From Euglena gracilis (taxonomy: Eukaryota), in the NCBI GenBank assembly GCA_039621445.1, contig CP154954.1, positions 5,557,919 to 5,621,918 of the forward strand: 64,000 bases of DNA. The letters run 5' to 3'. Positions 59,837 through 64,000 of this stretch are shown here, one piece after another. The first letter of the stretch is position 1, and every line of letters begins with the position of its first letter. A program made the translations under genes and the position numbers. The notes under the pieces are model-generated. The model was not told the origin of the DNA, did no database searches, and was given only the letters and a program-made list of their open reading frames with translations.

Positions 59837-62800
59837 TCAGAAAGTGTTTATGTTTATGTCTATGTGATTGCGCTTGTTCCACAGCTTCCAATCCTGCTGG
59901 ATATATCCAACAAAACTGGATGCTGGCTCCCAAGTGTCCTCCTCTGGCCCATACCCTTTCCAACGAACTTTCCAGTAGTGCACACCCCTGTCGACCTTGT
60001 GGTCTATTATCCTATCGACCACAAAATCGTCCGTTTCAGGTAATCTGGAACGGGGCTTGAAATATAGGCAGGGGATAGCTTTTCCGTCTGAGGGGCTTAG
60101 GTACGGTTTGAAGTCGTCCATATGGACGTCCTCAATCCCGTTGGGCAAGGCAACTTTATATCGCCCGCTACTACCTAACCTCTCCAATATTTCGCATGGG
60201 CCGAGCCAAAGAGGATCTAGCTTGGAAGATTGCATGCGGGTGCGGTTATTCCGTACCCACACGCGGTCACCTGGACTATACACAGGTGTGTTTAAGTTTT
60301 GTAAAAACGATTTCCGTTTGTTGGAATGAATTTCTGTGTTACGTGATTGGACTGCAGAGCGGAGTGATTCCACTTCTGCAAACCACGTTTCACAGCTGAC
60401 GCTACTTCGGGCATGTCTCTCCGAGGGGATATCCCCTATGGCCGGAGGGTCTCGTCCGAAAACAATTTTGTACGGTGAGTGTGGTAATACCAACCCTGGC
60501 AAGGTACTGATGTAAAACAAACACCAGTGAAGAACGGATAAACAATTCTTACCCGAGTCAGCCAGTGAAAGGCGAAGCATATTGACAACGGATTTCACGG
60601 CTGCCTCGGCTCTATCATTGCCTTTTGGGCGGTATATAATGGAAAAATGCTGCTCAATGCCGAGTAAACCGCACAAAGTTGTGAAAAACCGCGAAGAGAT
60701 CAAGTGATCTTGATCACTCACGATTTCGTTCGGTAAACCCATTAAGCAGATACAACAAAAACGTAACCGTAAATTTTGTCATCTGATCCTTTGCAAGGTT
60801 CAAGTTCGAGAAAATACATGCAGAGGGACGTAAAAATGTCTGGTGGTACGGGGAAAAAGTCCATCGTACCAGGGGGGGTACCTCTGCGCGGTTTCACAGC
60901 CTGACAAATTTGGCACCGTTGCGAAATTCGCAAACAGCGCGAATATAAATCTTTTACACTCAGGGTTGTGCAACATCTGCGACCCACTCGTGAAAGAAGT
61001 TTGGGGGCCCCAGGGTGACCATGGTTGTGATAGCTGAAAATCACATCATCAACCAGGTCTTGGGGTATACAATATTTATAACCAGAATCATTCCGGAAAA
61101 TAAGCCGCAATGGTGATAGAGAGTAATTCTCTATAGATTCACCATTTACGAAGTTTATTCACAATGGTACTATATATAGGGTCACGCGAATAATCCCATT
61201 CGCGGAAAAATAGGGGGGTAGGAGTTTCCGTACGCGTAATGCGACGGGGTCCGGCAGTGCGTCCACGCCGGCGCCTTCCACGCAATGGTGAAATGGCGAT
61301 GCTGCGATATACCCGGGAAACGGGTAGTGAATCGAGCATGTTGTCCGCAGCGTCGGATCGACGTGCGAACTGGTCAGCCTCATGGCTGCCATGAAAAGTC
61401 GCATCACCCTCATCCGGGTTCCCAGGATAATACCAGGGGGCTCGGCTGAGAGGATTCGCAACTTTTTGCGTGTGACCTGGGGTATAGATAACCACCAGGT
61501 TAAACTGGCTCAAGAACTCATGCCATCGGCATCTTCTGCCCACTGATGACATGGCCTTGTTCAGGTCCTCGGTATACCAGTGTTGAAGGCTCTCATGATC
61601 CGTCAACACAAGTATCTGGACCAAGCTGCTGGCTATCCAGCTGCGGAATTGCTGGAGAATAAGCACAATGGCATATGTCTCCTTTTCGCGAATGCTCCAT
61701 TTAACCTGTCCTTTCCCGTTGTCGCCCTGTAGCTTCCTGCTGAAGAAAGCCACAGGTCGGAGGTCATTCGCCGCATTATGCAGGCTAAGAACCCCGCCAA
61801 CAGCGTAATCGCTGCTGTCGACTTCCAGGACATACAGCTTGTATGGATCCGCGATATCGAGAACCACGTTCTCGAGCAGCAAGTCCTTGATTTTATTCAA
61901 GGCCTCGCACATTTGGTCATCCCAAATGACTTTTGCGTTATCGGGTGTCCGATTTTTGAGTTGTCGGGTTAGGGGTACCCCGATTTTCGTGAAATCTTTC
62001 GTGTAAATCGCGTAATATTGGGCTAATCCCAAAAATACCTTTAAATGCGTTAAGGTCTTAATGACCTCAGGAGTCCATTTCTTAATGGCCTCCATCTTAC
62101 TGGGTGCGGCTTTACGCTGCCCGTTGCTCAGGATATGCCTGCAAAACTTAATAATTTTGCGGAACAGGTACATTTTGGAACCCTTCACAAAAAGCACATG
62201 CTTTTGGAACGCGGATAATACCGCCCGCACATCGCGATAATGCGGTTCGAGGATATCCTCGCCCGATTTCGCGGATGGCGGTTGGGTTCCCACCAGTACA
62301 TCATCGATGTACACCAGAGCAAACGGTAAATCGCGCAAAACCCACTGGATCATGCGTTGAAACATGGCTGGGCCATTCTTAACACCCATGGGGAGTACCG
62401 TCCGTTGGTACACACCCTTGGATGTCACGAATGCCGTGTACGGTTGCGAATCAGGATGCAAATGCATCTGATGGAAACCGTCTTCCAGATCAAAGATTGA
62501 CCACAACCGGTTATCCGATTGTCTGGTGATCAAATCCTCGATCACCGGTAACGGGAAGGGGTCATCCTTCGTTTGTGAGTTCAGGTACCGGTAATCCAGC
62601 ACTAGTCTCCACTTCTTCTGACCAGACTGGTCAGCTGGTTTGGGCACCACAAAAGCTTGTGATGTCCACTCGCTCTTGGAAGGGATAATCCACTTCCGCT
62701 GGATGAGCTTCTCAATCATCTCGTTGAGAGCTTGTTCGCGTTCACCCGAACAACGGAAGAATTTCCGGTGCATGGGTTTAGCGCCATCCTTGAGCTCGAT

Positions 62801-62849
62801 TTTGCAAACACCGAACGGGCCGTGAATCGCGGGGTCGATGTCGCAGGCT
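59837..62849 (-). pseudogene. pol: Family-D pol core: RT, RNase H, integrase, chromodomain (frameshifted)
   Basis: WRLVLDYR, FDLEDGFHQ, YIDD; VDSSDYAVG, LTDHES; HNHGHPG...[21 protein letters not shown]...[15 protein letters not shown]. Confidence 0.94.
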
Positions 62850-63009
62850 TAAACTGGGTTATCCAGTACACCATGGAATTCGCGAGTAATTCGCGAACAA
62901 TAGTCAGCAGACTTGGGGTGTTGGTCCGCACTCTCAATGACCGCAGAAATCTGCGTTGAGGGTGTGGCCTCCCCATTGGTACCAAGGTATCTTGGCACAC
63001 GCAAATCGG

Positions 63010-63440
63010 ATATTCCGAATGCGTCAAAGAAACAAATGCGAAAAATGATTTCTTTAACAGGTGGTAATAATAAACCACAAAAATCCTCAAATAGTGGTAC
63101 ATCAGCGGGTAAATCCCACCAATGAAAACACACATAGGACAATTGGTGAAACCAATCCGCATTCGGATTGACGGGTATGAGGAGAGCTCCTCGCGCTTCA
63201 TCGCGGAGGATTTTCTCCACCACATCCGGGATAAGTTTTGGGGGAGGGTGCATCCAGAGCACCGTATCACCCCAAAATTTAGCAAATGCGTTGGAATGTC
63301 GCGACCAATATCGCGACAAGCGCGCATGCGCTGTTGATGAAAACGCATCAATTTCCAACGACAAATCGAAGGAATCAGCCAAAGCCGCGATCTTGGAGAA
63401 CCATTCCTCCAAAATACGGTATTGGCCAAAATTAAAGGCG
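63010..63440 (-). CDS. Dam-like N6-adenine methyltransferase domain upstream of RT in family-D pol
   Basis: IDAFSS, RYWS, NAFAKFWGDTVLWMHPPP, GALLIPV, ADWF align with the family A and B domains. The catalytic motif is HPPP (63239-63250). Confidence 0.82.
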
Positions 63441-64000
63441 TTCCATACGCGCATCGCGTATGTGTTGACCTGGTTCGCGGTTGAAGAGGGGTAACGCAAT
63501 TCAGGGATCCGCAAACATAGGTCAAGGGTGTGTCATCCACACTCCCTAGGGGCATTCCCAAGGGTTGATGGGTTGGATGGGTGCATACCCAGTCCATATC
63601 ATGCCAGATGGAGGTGGGGGAGGTGTGTGACACGGATTTCGCGGTCCCAAACAACAAGGCAATACCTCGTTGTTGGAGCACTTGATGTACGGTCGCGCAT
63701 TGCGATCCGCAACCAAGTGTATGGGCGAGCGAAATCGGGATTTGTGTTGGTGTTTGGACTAGACATCCACAATCGAAATCTGGCTGGGCGGAAATTCTCC
63801 TACAGTGCACACATTGGTAGGAAGTGTCGGAGTAGTGGTCCTGGTCGCGCATGTTGGTCTGGTGAGGGTGTGTGTAAAAGTTGGGATGCGCTTTTGAAGC
63901 TGCTGGGGGGTGTACAGATGTATCTGAAAGCGATACATCTGGTGGAAAACGGGGTATTGATGCAGCTGGGCGACTACTCGACACTGTGATCACTTCAGGC

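Larger units (their letters stand above)
29616..64000 (-). mobile_element. Family-D Ty3/Gypsy chromovirus-type element (5' end beyond the window), interrupted by the family-B tandem
   Basis: pol 63514-59837, ORF3 59640-30912, PPT 29930-29939, 3' LTR 29616-29929. Confidence 0.9.

Overview
The whole 64 kb is eukaryotic repeat DNA: a nest of Ty3/Gypsy (chromovirus-type) LTR retrotransposons and small non-autonomous LTR elements. I see no recognisable host gene, rRNA, tRNA or CRISPR array. Three autonomous-type families carry DNA methyltransferase domains inside Pol, each in a different layout. Family A (+, 9658-16897, 5'-truncated) is Dam-like N6A-MTase, C5-cytosine MTase, PR, RT, RNaseH, IN, chromodomain. 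Family B (+, a three-LTR tandem dimer at 32558-55953 with a single ATGG TSD, plus a decayed fragment at 1-1915) is C5-MTase, Dam-like MTase, PR, RT, RH, IN, chromodomain. Family D (-, 29616 to beyond 64000, plus fragments) is PR, Dam-like MTase, RT, RH, IN, chromodomain, followed by a ~1750-codon extra ORF3 with two conserved Cys/His/Trp-rich domains I do not recognise. In families B and D, gag and pol are in frame, separated by one UAG followed by a stem-loop or pseudoknot (probable readthrough). Both use a tRNA-iMet PBS, and LTRs/leaders of several families share a (C)GATCCTAC box that resembles the complement of the initiator-tRNA T-arm. Most copies have frameshifts or nonsense codons. Family names A, B, D and D' are my own labels, and all alignments and counts were done by eye.
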